64,000 bases of DNA from Mobula hypostoma (taxonomy: Eukaryota). The stretch covers positions 128,218,001-128,282,000 of the forward strand of contig NC_086097.1 of NCBI RefSeq assembly GCF_963921235.1, given 5' to 3'. Shown piece after piece: positions 35,940 to 48,135 of this stretch. Below the pieces are notes generated by a model. That model saw only the letters and a list, made by a program, of their open reading frames with translations. It did not search any database and was not told the DNA's origin. The translations under genes and the position numbers were made by a program. Position 1 is the stretch's first letter, and every line of letters starts with the position of its first letter.

Positions 35940-37840
35940 TAACAGCAGAAGACGTAGGAGCAGAATTAGGCCATTTGGCCCATTTAGTCTGCTCTGCCAT
36001 TCCATCGACTGACTTGTTATCCATCTCAACTACATTCTCCTGCCTTCTCCCCCGTAACCTTCGATGCCCTTACTAATCAGGAAACCATCAACCTCCACTT
36101 TAAACATAGTCAATGACTTGGCCTCCACAGCTGTGTGTGATAATTCCACAGATTGGAAATAATTTGGAAAATGTGTGGCTCAGGTGGTTGATGGCAGGGT
36201 TGAGTTGTTCTCCGATATTGGCAATTTACTTGCCAGTGTTTTGTCACGACATGAGGAGGCATCATCAGTGTGCTATTAATTGAGATGTGCCCTCCGAATG
36301 CTTGTCCTGACCTATCATGCATAAACCAACAGCAACGTTGAGGAGAGTACTTTGCAGACCAAAAGAATGAACCAAGCCATTAGACAAGACCAATGTGGTC
36401 TACAAAATCCTATGCGGGGTCTGCATCAAATTTTACGTAAGCCAACCTGGAAAAAACAGATCCATGAAGATCATGAGGGGCACAACTTCGACAGGGCATC
36501 AGTGTAAATTGTGGCACAAGCAAACACATGGCATACGAGAGAACTTAGCCCTCGATCCTATTAATGAGCAAACCTGGACAAAATTCCACCACCACCATGC
36601 ACAAAGTTCACCACACAACCAATCAGCGACAAGATTTCCTCCCCACATCATAACTGAGTTTCTGGAAATGTGATCAGTTAGCTGATTGATAGGTATATAA
36701 AGGCCAAGCATTAACTGAGGACACACTACACCACTGATGATGTCTCCTCATATGGTGACGAAACTTTTGCAAGTAAGTTGCCAAGAGAAAAACTTAACCC
36801 AGTTCCACAAATTCACCACTTTTTGGCTAAAAAAATTCCTTCTCTATTCTTTTCTAAAGGGACGTCCCTTTATTCTGAAGCTGTGCCCTCTGATCCTAGA
36901 CTCACCCATTACAGGAAATATCCACTCTACATCAACTCTCTCTAGGCCTTTTAGTATTTGGTAGATTTCAATGAGGTCCCCCTTCATTTTCCTTAACTCC
37001 AATGAGTACAGACCCAAAGCCATCAAACACTCCTCATATGATAACCCTTTCATTTCCAGAATCATTCTTGTGAACATCCTTTGTATCCTCTCCAATGCCA
37101 GCTCATCTTTTCTTAGATAAGCTGCTCAAAACTACTCACAATATTCTTTGCATGAAGTGTGGTCTGACCAATGCCTTAAAAAGCTGCAGTAATACATCCT
37201 TGCTCATATTCTAGTCCTCTTGAAATGAATGCAAACATTGCATTTGCCTTCCTTACCTCTGACTCCACCTGCAAGTTAACCTTTAGGGAATCCTGCATAA
37301 GGATTCCCAAATCTCTTTGCATCTCTACTTTTTGAATTTTTTCGCCCTGTTTAGAAAATAGTACATGCCTTTATTCCTTTTACCAAAGTGCATGACCATT
37401 CACTTCCCTACACAATTTTCCTATACAATATTCAGTCTGTCACCTCTTTGCCCATTCATCTAATCTGTCTAAATCCATCTGCAGACTCCTTGCTTCCTCA
37501 ACACTACCTGCCCCTCCACCCAAGTTCGTATAGTCTGCAAATCTGGCCACAAAGTCATCAATTCCGTCATCCAAATCACTGACATATAATGTAAAAAGAA
37601 ACAGTCACAAATCCGACCTTTGCTAAACACCACTAGTCACTGGCAGCCATCCAGAATAGGCCTTCTTTATTCCCACTCCTTGCCTTCTGCCAGTCAGCCA
37701 ATCTTCTATCCATACAAGTATCTTCCCTGCAACAGCATGGCCTATTACTTTGTTAAGCAGCCTCATGTAAGGCACTTTGTCAAAGGCTTTCTGAAAATCT
37801 AAGAAGACAACATCCACTGACCCTCCTTGTTTATCTTGTA
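35940..37840 (-). mobile_element. CR1 relic (RT to 3' UTR) with a nested Penelope fragment
   Basis: DVVFLDFQKAFDKVP, WLPVTSGV, ERIQRMFTRMI..YSLELRKMKGDLIE peptides. Confidence 0.85.
36155..36800 (+). mobile_element. Penelope-like element relic: GIY-YIG endonuclease fragment, pLTR with hammerhead core and an inverted 5' pLTR copy
   Basis: NVVYKILCGVCIKFYVSQPGK resembles PLE VVY.IPC..C...YIGQTG; CTGATGA 36734-36740 and GAAA 36760-36763; inverted homologue at ~36160-36272. Confidence 0.75.
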
Positions 37841-38279
37841 TTTAGGACAGAGATTGATTATTTCTTGATTGGTGAGGGGATTATTGGGAGAAAGCAGGGA
37901 AATGGGATTGAAAAAATATCAATCATAATTGGAATGTAGAGCAGATTTGTAAGCCCAAGTGGCCTACTTTTGCTCCTATATCTTATGGACTGTTGAATGT
38001 GGCCCACAGATGTTGGAAGATGTTGATTGAAGTAATTCCTTTTTATAGAATTTGTTGTGGTAAAGGAAAGTCCAGGTTTGAGTTATGAGTAAATATACTG
38101 GGTTGACTTAACACCCTGGGGCGAGGAAGGACGAAGGTTATCTGGCACACTCATACATGGTGTGTTTGTGGTGTCGCTTGTTGGTAGACGTGGGCAACTG
38201 TCAAGGACACAACTGGACTGCACATTGTAGTGTTTTGTGATCAGACAGCTTGCTAATACCTACTGATGAGAATGTTTTC

Positions 38280-38602
38280 AGAATCAGAATTAGGATCAGG
38301 TTTACTGTCACTGGCACATGTCATGAAATCTATTAACTTTGTAGCAGCAGAACAATGCAATTCATCGAGAGAAAAAAAGCAAACTGTGAATTACAGTAAG
38401 TGTATATATATATGTGTAATAGTTAAATTAAACAAGTAGTGCAAAAATAGCAAATAAAGAAGTAGTGAAGTGGTGTTCACTGGTTCAATGTCCATTCAAA
38501 AATCGGATGGCAGAGGGGAAGAAACTGCTCCTGAATTGTTAAGTGTGTGCCTTCAGACTTCTGTACCTCCTTCCTGATGGTAGCAATGAGAAGAGGGCAT
38601 GA
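38280..38602 (-). mobile_element. Rex1/Babar 3' end
   Basis: HALFSLLPSGRRYRSLKAHT; (GATTCT)n tail. Confidence 0.8.
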
Positions 38603-39559
38603 GGAGAGATTTTGGAACACAAACCTACATTTACAGTTGAAAAACAAGATGCACATAGCCTTTTTTTATAAAGATGTAACACTCCAAAGAACTTAGCAAT
38701 GTCGATGTGAGGTAATTTCTGTTGTAACATGGCAGTAACCTTGAGCATCATAAGATCCTTCAACCCATATTGCAATGGTAATTAGATAATTAGTTTTTTG
38801 GTATTGGTTTGATGGATGAAGGAGAGCAAGGTAAATGTATTGGATCTCCCATTCACTTCTCAGAGAGGGGATCCATATGCCCATCTCAGCAAACAGGTAT
38901 GACTCCTGTATCAATATCTCACCAGAGAAAAACAAACTTCTGACAGGACAGAACTCCTTCGGCACTGTGCCTGAGGAACAGCCTCTTCCACTGGAGAAGA
39001 TGCTGTGCTAATTTCCAGTAGCCTGGGACAACTTGGTGTTGCAGAAAGGAATGGAAGATTCTTGAAGAAATGGTGAGAAATGTTCTAAAGGAACTCAGAA
39101 CATCTTGGAAAAAGTGAAGAGTTTATGTTCATGTGAGTGCAGGTTTAGCTCAGCAATGGAATTACACAACATTCAGGTATATTTTGCACCGGTGGGGCTG
39201 CTTGGTAAATATAAACAGTGTTTTATCTGTGACTAATTAGACAGACAGACGGTTGAGCACAATGTGAAACAGTGGTAATTAGAAGGTGTTAGAGCCTTAG
39301 TACTAACAATACATATGTCATTGTATTTGAAATAACAGTACGGAGAGCAATTGAATACCCATTTTCACTATTCCTAACCTGATCCCGTTTTATTCTTCCA
39401 CACTGCTACCTTTCCTTTGACTTTTTCCCTTTTGATACACTAGAGGCAATTTGTAGTGGTGATAATGGCTAGTATTATCTCATGGTGATTTTTCTTGTAT
39501 TTTCTCATGACGAAGTTGGCTATTCTGCCAATTATGTTTGTGCTAGCTCCCAGAGCAAA

Positions 39560-39827
39560 ATCCCATTCCCTCACTTATTTCCCTGTAGTATATTTTTCTC
39601 TCATATGCCCGTCATCGTCCTTTGATTCTTTTACTAACACCAGGGACAATTTATAATAAATCCACCTACCAACCCACATGCGGAAGAAACTAGAGATCTC
39701 AGAGGAAACTCATGGGGTCACAAGGAGAATGTGAAAACTCTACACAGACAGTACCCGAGATCGGAATTGAACCCGGGTCTTTGCAGAAGTGAGATAGTTG
39801 CAATACTTGATGCAGCAATGAGCCACA
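39560..39827 (-). mobile_element. Degenerate tRNA-derived SINE
   Basis: Reverse complement has GACCCGGGTTCAATTCC B-box and GTAGAGTTTTCACATTCTCC; a similar relic lies at ~40340-40626. Confidence 0.6.
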
Positions 39828-42800
39828 CTGGAACAGTGATTGCTTGGATCAATTGAAAAAACATCACTTATATCAGCAAATTTCTTTCAGGAATATGCTT
39901 TGCTTAGCATTTGCACAATTATAAGGGGCTTTGGGGCCCTATATTAATTAAAGGTTCCAAGGTTCAAAGATTCATTTTATTGTCAAAGTATGCATGTACA
40001 ATACAACTCTGATATTCATCTTCTCCAGAACTTTTTTTATTGTTTCTTTTAAGAGTGAGATGAAGTCATAGATTTTAATGGACAGAAAGAATGGAGCACA
40101 TTATGAATGGAATTGCAGGAGAGAGGTCTAGTTTGTTCTTATCAGAGGGAACGGTGACATTGGAGTTGATGAAAATATTTTCTGGCTCTAGCCAAATGAA
40201 AAGGAATGTCTTACGTTGTTAAGTGATCCTACCATAAGTCCAGAGTATGAGTTCAACAGTAGTAATCAGCATAAAGGTGTGACTGTTGTGGACTTGGTGC
40301 AGATGCCTTGCTGAACATGGTGAGTGTGTTGTAAATTGGAGAGAGATAACTCTGCCCCATCGTGCCAACCATCAACCTTACACATTTACATTAATCCTAC
40401 TTTGATCACAGTTCACCCGTTCCTATCAAGTCTCCCCATATTCTATCACTGGCCTATAACCTAGGGATAATTTGCAGCCTGGAACATTTTGTGAAGAGGC
40501 AGGAAGTCGGAATACTTAGGGGCAACCCGTGTGTTCTCAGGGAGAATATGCAAACTCTACACAGAAAGCACTAGAGGTCAGGATCAATTATGGGCCTCTG
40601 TAGCTGTGTAGCATCAACTCTACCATCGAAAACTGAAGTAACTTTTGAGGAGATGTTCCTTGTATTTATGAGGTCATCACAGGAGAAACCCTCTTGTCAG
40701 AACACAATGTTAATTGCACTATAAATTTGTTGTTAAAACGTTCTTCATTTCTTTAACTATAACCTACCTTTATCAATTATGAGGCGAAAAGGGGAGTGAA
40801 AGCCTCAAGGCACTAATACCCTGTCAGACACTGTATGTGGAATAGCATAAATTAATGTACAGATGAGCTCTCAATAACATAAAATAAAACAGTGAATTTT
40901 TTGCATAGCTAATTTTCCTTGAAATGGACATTACTTTTAAGGGGCTTGTCAAGACAGAGGTGGAATTGATGTTTTGGCTATCTAGAACTAGAGGTCAGAG
41001 GTCAAAATAAGTGGTCAATCAGGACAGAGCTCAAGAGTAGTTTCTGTGGAGGGTGGTGAACCTTGGAACTCACACCCTAAGAGGTCTTTTCCGTTTCAGT
41101 TACTGAATATATTCAAGATAGAGATTAATTGATTTTTAGATATTCAGGGAGCTGAGGGATGTAGCGTTAATGCTGGAATAGCAGAGTGGTCACAGGGATC
41201 AAATGACCCATTCCTGCATCTGTATCTGCCGTCCTTTTGGACCACCTTGATGAATTGAGGTTTTGTGTTATTTCTAGACAAGTTGATTATCGAATGAATG
41301 GTGTTGCTATGATTAAAAGAAATATGGCTGCTTTCTTTCCTACCACACCGGACAGACTGGGCATGCTCAAAACTCTGTGCCGTCTTAAAGAGGCAATGCA
41401 TGCAGCATTATTAAAAAGGAAATGTCTTCAATAACAGAAGTATTATCAAACATAAAAAATTTAGCAATAGTTGAAATAATTATTACCGGCATTCTCTTCA
41501 GTTGTTTTTCTCACCTGATACACTGAAGTATGGCTACTTCATTTCATGGAACTTTGCAGAGTTAAAGCTTTGATTTTTTCTTCTGTCTGTAATGTTTAAT
41601 AACTTCTGGTTTAATTCATTTTGGCTTCTCAGTGTATCTCATGTCCCTTGCAAGCATCAGTCTTTTTAATAACAGTGGGACCTTGCAAATGTCAGCTAAC
41701 AACTACTATCGTGGTGTGCTGTAACATAAAAAAACAGATTACAGTTCTGTGGCACTGTAAATACTTAGAAAAATGTAATAACCATAATTATGTTTGTGTC
41801 TGTCTGTGAGTTAGTCTCCCTTTTACAAACTACACTAATAGATTTCTGTTTCACAAATCGCAGTGATTGTGGTAATTGTATGACTTTCATAAGGCTGTGG
41901 TGGTTCATGCCTGAAGCCAACCCATCTATTAAGCTTTGATTGTTTTCTGCTGGAGTTAATCAAGCATTGCAGGCCTGACACTTTCTACCCAGAAGGTCCT
42001 AAGGTGGGTGGATATTATTTACCCACAGTTTTGCTGGCACTGATTAGAACAGCATGAAGGTTCTGCCTCTCGGGCCAAGGCTGAGAAATGTTGGACAGCC
42101 CCTTGAGATTATTTGCTGACTGCTGGCTCTTTCAAATTTGAATGGGTGTGGCAGTTTTGATGTAAGTGAAATGTCCACTTGTCCATCATCTAGTGCAGCA
42201 ACAGAGATTATGTGCAAGTGAGGTGGCACATGAATGATGGATTATTGGTGCTTCCAAGGTAAATGTTTGCTCTGTAAAATGAGGCTGTTGCATCAATGAC
42301 AGCTTGACAACTGATTTCCATCTGGGAGCCTCACAACTGCATCCTAACCTCCCAACTCAAGCATTGATTGTCCTGACTGATAGAAGCCAGCCTGTCAAAA
42401 GAGCCTTCTTCACCACTCTGTATAACAGTAGCACCACTTTCAGGAAACGTGAAAAGCATCTCAAACGTTGCTTCTTTGTTTTAATGGATATTGATGTCTT
42501 GAACGATCAAGAGCCAGACTCTTTGGAAGGAAAAGGATGTAGAAATGCTTAATGCATCAGTTGCCAGTGGACGTTTCCTCTAAGCTACAAGTCTATGCGT
42601 TCTTATCGGACTTCAGCAACATGAGCCAGAAAGTTCCAGTGATTCTCCAGTGGGCTACTGAGGAGAGCTGCACTGCTTTTCAGATGGGATGCAAAATTAC
42701 CCCTAACACCATTTCTACTGCTAAATAGGAAACGAGTGCCAGAGGAGACGGTGAAATCAGATACAATTATTACATTCAAGAGGCTTTCAGACAGACACTT

Positions 42801-42829
42801 AATGGAATTATCCTTGGTATCTCGGAGCC

Positions 42830-42975
42830 AATGTTCATTCCTCAACTGATATAACAACCGCACATTATTGCATTGCTGCTGTGGGAGACTGCAATGCACA
42901 AAACGGCAGTTGATTTCCTGCACTGTGTTACCAAATGAGTCAATTCTGAGAGCGTATTGCCAACTGGAACATTCT
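42830..42975 (+). mobile_element. DeuSINE (SacSINE1/AmnSINE-related) Deu-domain relic
   Basis: CATTGCTGCTGTGGGAGACTGCAATGCACAAAACGGCAGTTGATTTCCT resembles the recalled Deu-domain consensus. Confidence 0.5.
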
Positions 42976-43054
42976 GTATCCCTATGCTGCAAAGGGGCTG
43001 ACTGATACTAATTCATGACTTTAATTGCTATTAAAACTGAATAACAGCAGTTGA

Positions 43055-43290
43055 GCAACGCACAAATAAGTCCGGAGAAATTCAGCAGGTCAGACAGCAT
43101 CCGTAAAGGGGAATAAACGGTCAACATATTGGGCCGAGACCCTTCATCAGGACGGGAAAAGAAGAGGATAGAAGCCAGAATAAGGAAGTTGGGGGCGGCG
43201 AAGTGGTACAAGTTGATTAGTGACTGGTGATACCAGGTGCGGGTGAAGGTGGGATGAGATACAAAGCTTGGAGGTGCAGGTGGAAGAGCC
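43055..43290 (-). mobile_element. Penelope-like terminal fragment with a degenerate hammerhead
   Basis: Reverse complement GTCCTGATGAAGGGTCTCGGCCCAATATGTTGAC (GAAA lost), followed by GATGCTGTCTGACCTGCTGAA. Confidence 0.7.
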
Positions 43291-44159
43291 TTGCACCTAC
43301 ATCTGAAATTGCCTTTGCATTGTAACCAAAATAAGTTCTCTGCTGCAGCAAGATACAGAGAAATAGAAAATTTCTGTCCATGAGAAGATATACTATGGAG
43401 TTCCCCAGGTGTTAGTAGTAGGACCATGGCTTATCTTGATGAGGGACCACCCAGTGTTGGATGACTTAAAAGACGGGCCAGTTGGATTGGAAAGGTTGAG
43501 TGTCGGGACCGGAGGTGAGGGTAGGGCCGGTTTCTGCTCGCTGCTCTGTAATGTGTACTCCGCTCTCTGCGGCGCTGAGCCTGTGGGCCTGCTCTTGCTG
43601 CTCCGGGCTTTGAGCCTGTGAGCTCTGCGATCCTTTGCTCTGCTGTGTGATGAACTGAGGGTGAGGATGTTGGCCTGCTCTGCACTTCGTGTCTGTGGAC
43701 TCACTTTCATTCTGAATGCTGTTGCGTGCCTTTACTGTTTGCACCAATATCTTTTCCTCTCTCTGCACATTGGTCTTTTCTTTTAATGAGTTCTTGTTTT
43801 GTGGCTGTCTGTAAGGAGATGAATCTCAAGGTTGTATAACTCATGTATAAACTTTGTTATATATTAACGAATGGAGCATGGTGCATAGAGCACAGCTGCA
43901 CCACAGCAAAACTTGTGGTGAACAGTAAGGAGGATAATAATAGACATCAGGGATATTAAAGCTGGTGGAATAGGACAATTTAATGCTGAGTTCATTTGGT
44001 GGGACAAAAGAGAGGAGAACGCAAGACCAACAAGAGGGTGTGGGTTTAAGATGAGAGGAAAGAGTTTTAGCAGTAACTTTTTTTTTAAACACAGAGGGCG
44101 GATGACATGTGGAATGCATGCCAGAAGAGATGGTGGAATCAGATATATTTATTACATAG

Positions 44160-44328
44160 TAACACACACAAAAAGTCTGGAGGAATACAGCAGGTCAGGC
44201 AGCACCTATGGAAATGAATAAAGAATCAACATTTTGGGCCGCAATAATGCTGCCTGACTTGCTGAGTTCCTCTAGCATTTTCTGTGTGTTAGTCTTGACT
44301 TCCAGCATCTGCAGAATCTCTTGTGTTT
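44160..44328. mobile_element. Penelope-like terminal hairpin with a central deletion
   Basis: AACACAC..CAGCAGGTCAGGCAGCA / TGCTGCCTGACTTGCTG..GTGTGTT inverted arms; CCAGCATCTGCAG end. Confidence 0.7.
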
Positions 44329-44704
44329 ACAATGATTACATTCTAGAAGTCTTCAGACAGATACTTAATAAGACGAAGTTTAGAAGCATATGTTCCTAAT
44401 GCGGGTAAGTAGCATTTGTGTAACAAAGGCCAGCCTGTCCCAGCTGGTCTGAAATGCCCCTTTCTGTACTGTACAACTGCATGACTCTAAAAGGTACAAC
44501 TAACTAAAGATGCAACTCTATAAGGAGTACAAGAATAGCAAGATCTAGGGATGTGTGTTACCTGGAAGGCAGCAGAATAGGTTGAGGAAGTGGAAACAAA
44601 ATGATTTGATGCCTTTTGATCTGTACAGGCCCACTGCTGGGGGTATTTGCAGACATTGTTAACTTCTCCCTGCTTCAATGTGAGATTCACACCTGCATTA
44701 ATAA

Positions 44705-45110
44705 GACCACTATCATCCTAGTACTCAAGAAAAAAAACATACCTTAAAGACTACTATGCAATCACCCTGATATCTGCCACCATGAAGTGCTTCGAACAGT
44801 TAGTCACGGAATATATTAACTCCAGCCTCCTGGACAACCTTGATCCACTGAAATTCACCGGTTGCTAAAACAGGTCTATGGAGATGCCATCTCCCTTGCC
44901 CTATACTCATCTCTGGAGAATCTGGACAGTAAAGGTACCCACATTGAACTCTGCATTCCATACTATAATTCCAAACAAACTCATCTCCAAATTCTGAGAT
45001 TTCCCTTTGCAACTGGACCCTTAACTTTCCAACCAATATACTGCAATCATTATGGATAGGCAGCAACGCCTCCGCCATCATTATCCTCAACACTGGTGCT
45101 CCACGAGCTA
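44705..45110 (+). mobile_element. Rex1/Babar RT relic
   Basis: DYYAITLISATMKCFEQLV..INSSL.DNLDPL; LNTGAP. Confidence 0.7.
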
Positions 45111-45129
45111 TGTCCAACATCTTCAAAAT

Positions 45130-47030
45130 TTAACATGCTCCAATGAAGTGCCCCCTCCTTCTTCTAAATTCCACCAGAAACAAGTCTAATTTCTCCAATC
45201 CTCCCTCATAAGACAACACACTCAGTCCAGTTAATAGTTATGTAAACCTTGGAACTGCTTCCATTGTATTAACATTCTTCCTTAAATAAGCAGTTCAGCA
45301 CTGTACACCCCAGATGTGGTTTAACCAATGCACTAAGTAACTGAATACTTTTGTATTAGGACCCTCCAGCAATAGTTCATAACTTTATGTTATCATTGTT
45401 CTTCCTACATACTTGCTCTTCCTACTGTGATGACAAACCAAGTTATCAGAAGATTGATGCTGATGAGAGAGGTAAAGGAGACAATGGAGAAACATTCAAA
45501 ATGCTAATAAGAGAGAAGAGAGAGATTAATGAGAAAGAAACACATTTCAGATATTGACAGACCAATTGCTTTGAACCTGAACTGTTTGAAGTTTGATGGA
45601 CAGGCGATACCCCAGCAGGGGGATAAAAAGAACATGTTCGCTAAGGCACGACACACACCAAGAGATCACGAGATAATGAGACTCTGGAAGAGCGGTGCGC
45701 CCCCACAAGTTGGTGGGAGTTTGGAGGTCCGGTCGCAGGAACTGACCATAGACTCACAGGGTGAAAAGGTACGATCGGCGGGAACCTGGTGTGTGTGTCC
45801 GCCCTTACCTGGGTGCTGGGTTCACCGCGGAAGAACGGTCGTATCCGGAATGGAGGGGTCACAGTCGGTGACCACAGAAGACATTAAAAAGGGTCCGCCC
45901 GAAAGTTAACTGCGAAGAACATCAAAGGTCTGTTTGAATCAAAATTTGCATTGTCTCTCTCTCTCCAACGGCACAACAGCGATTACTGCGAACTGTACTA
46001 AGCTGAACTGAACTCTGCGTCACTTGAGACTGATCATTTTACCCCTAGACTGCGAAAGAGCTTGATTGATTCCTATTGCCCTAGTTCTGTGTACATGTGT
46101 GTTTTATCATTGCTAACCTGTTGCATTTATATCCTTACGATTAGGGTACTGTGTTACTTATTTCTTTAATAAAACTTTATTAGCTTCTGTTAAACCAGAC
46201 TCCAACTAAAGTGGTCCATTTCTTCTGGTTTGGCAACCCAGTTACAGGGTATGTAACACTACATACTACCTATTTGCAAGTCATAAAGTACTACACCTCG
46301 ATCGCTTTGCATCACAAAGCTCCACAGTTTCCACTTAGAAAATACTCTTTTTTATGTTTTCTGCCAAATGGAGAATGTCGACTGTTCATTTACCAGATCT
46401 TTTCCACTCACTGCACCTACCTATATTCCTTTGCAGCTTTCTACGTACCCTTGACAGGCTACGTATCATCATCAATTTAGCAACCATACTTTTTGTGCCT
46501 TCATCCAAGACAGTGAGATAATTTTAGAAAGTGGAGGCTGCAGCTCTGATCCTCGAAGAGGATCTTTGCATCTTACACAGCGGAGGTAGAACTATTTTTG
46601 TCTGCTCTCCATTTCTTGTCAGCCACTCTGTCTTCTGGCCTCATCAGTATGCTAACTCCTCCAATCATAATGGCTAGTCGATATTTCAGATCCAGATCCT
46701 ATAGTTGATAGTCTCTTTGCCTCCAGAGATGCATACTGCTGAGTCCCCCTGGATGGTCCTAGCGTCTGCAGTCTCTTCTATCTCCAACCATAACGATCTT
46801 TGATGCAGCATCTTATCAGATGTTTTCTGGAAATCTAAGTATAGTGCCTCCACTGGTACCCCATTATCCACAGCACTTGTTATCTCTCAAAGGACTTCAA
46901 TAAATTGTCCCAATATGATTTCCCTGTCGGAGAACCATACTAGTTTTGCCTGATTACTTAATTTTTCCATGTGGCCTGATATGGTGTTTTTAATAATAAC
47001 TTCCAACATTTTTGCAGCAACCAATGTTCC
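45130..47030 (-). mobile_element. Old CR1 relic hosting the solo LTR
   Basis: DNGVPVEALYLDFQKTSDKM peptide and degenerate RT sequence on both sides of the LTR. Confidence 0.65.
45426..46258 (+). mobile_element. Solo LTR (Gypsy- or ERV-type), 833 bp
   Basis: TGT...ACA termini; 4-bp TSD CTAC (45422-45425, 46259-46262); AATAAA at 46168-46173; CpG-rich. Confidence 0.85.
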
Positions 47031-47406
47031 AGAGGAAGCTTTTTAAGCATTTTAAAGAAAAGGAAAAGCAAGGCTGTGGGAAGAGGGTGGGTGAATGAGA
47101 TGAACTGGATTGTTCTTACTTGGACCAGGTGAGCTGAGTTCTCTGCATCCATCATCCATCCTGTAGCCACTCTATGGCACTGTTATAATTACAGTTCAGA
47201 AATACTTCATCTTTTACTAACTGCTTTGGAAGGATATAATTGGAGCTGCATAAATGTGATGATGATTCTTTTTTAATGTTTAGAATCTTAAATAACAACT
47301 TGTACTTTTAATCACCCTCACACATCCCAAATCAACTTAGAATCCATTGCTAAAAAGTAGTCAGTGTTGTAATGGAGGATATAAGCCAACAGCTCCCATA
47401 AATTAG

Positions 47407-48135
47407 GGCGCCACAAGAACACAACAGTTAGCGCAATGCTATTACAGCTCAGGTCATGGGAGTTTGGAGTTCAATTCCAGCACTGTTTGTAAGGAGTTTG
47501 TACATTCTCCCTGTGATCACATGGGTTTCCTCCATGTACTCCAGTGTCCTCCCACAGTCTAAAGACGTACCGGTTAATAAGATAATTGGACATGGTAAAT
47601 TGTCCTGTGATTAAGCTAGTGTTAAATAGATGGGTTGCTGAGTCACATGGCTTGTTGGGCTTCCATTGGTTGGAGTCGATCAAGGATGTTGCCCCCTAGC
47701 TGTCGTACACAAACCAACATGCAAGCCTGGGCAGTACGACATGGAGAGTAAGCTGTTGCCCATGCAGCAGGCTCCCCTTCTCCACACAGCTGATGAATCC
47801 AACGGAACGGCAGAGACCGACACAATGCGGCACAAGCAGTGTTGCCAGTCAGTTTTGGACGCAATGTTGGATTGCCTTAAGGACTACAGCTCTGGATTTT
47901 TGCTCATGGTTTACGCCCAAAGCCTTCCCCATAAGTGAGTATTGCCACAAGGTTTTAGATCGGAATTTTCTTTCTCCTAGATAAGCTGCCGACCGTGGCT
48001 GACAAGACCCATCTGCCCGAAGTGACTGGTTTTAAGGCACCAGTAACCTGCCTTTGCCCCTTCTCTTGTCAGTAGAAATGGTATCACTGGGCTTAGTAGC
48101 TCCATTGCCCTGCATCCCTAAATAAAATAAATTAA
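47407..48135 (+). mobile_element. tRNA-derived SINE (HE1/V-SINE-like) split by an insertion at 47669-48100
   Basis: GAGTTCAATTCC B-box, GGGTTTCCTCC..CCTCCCACAGTCTAAAGAC domain, (TAAA)n tail after the insert. Confidence 0.7.
47669..48100 (-). mobile_element. Non-coding insertion resembling an RTE-LINE 5' UTR or an RTE-derived non-autonomous element
   Basis: 7-bp TSD TCCATTG (47662-47668, 48101-48107); reverse complement has GGCAAAGGC..ACTGGTGCCTTAAAACCAG..CTTCGGGCAGATGGG..CTAGGAGAAAGAAAA, recalled from RTE 5' regions. Confidence 0.55.

Noticed and set aside
47790..47820. CTGATGA followed by a short stem, a possible hammerhead
   Set aside because: No GAAA box in the correct position
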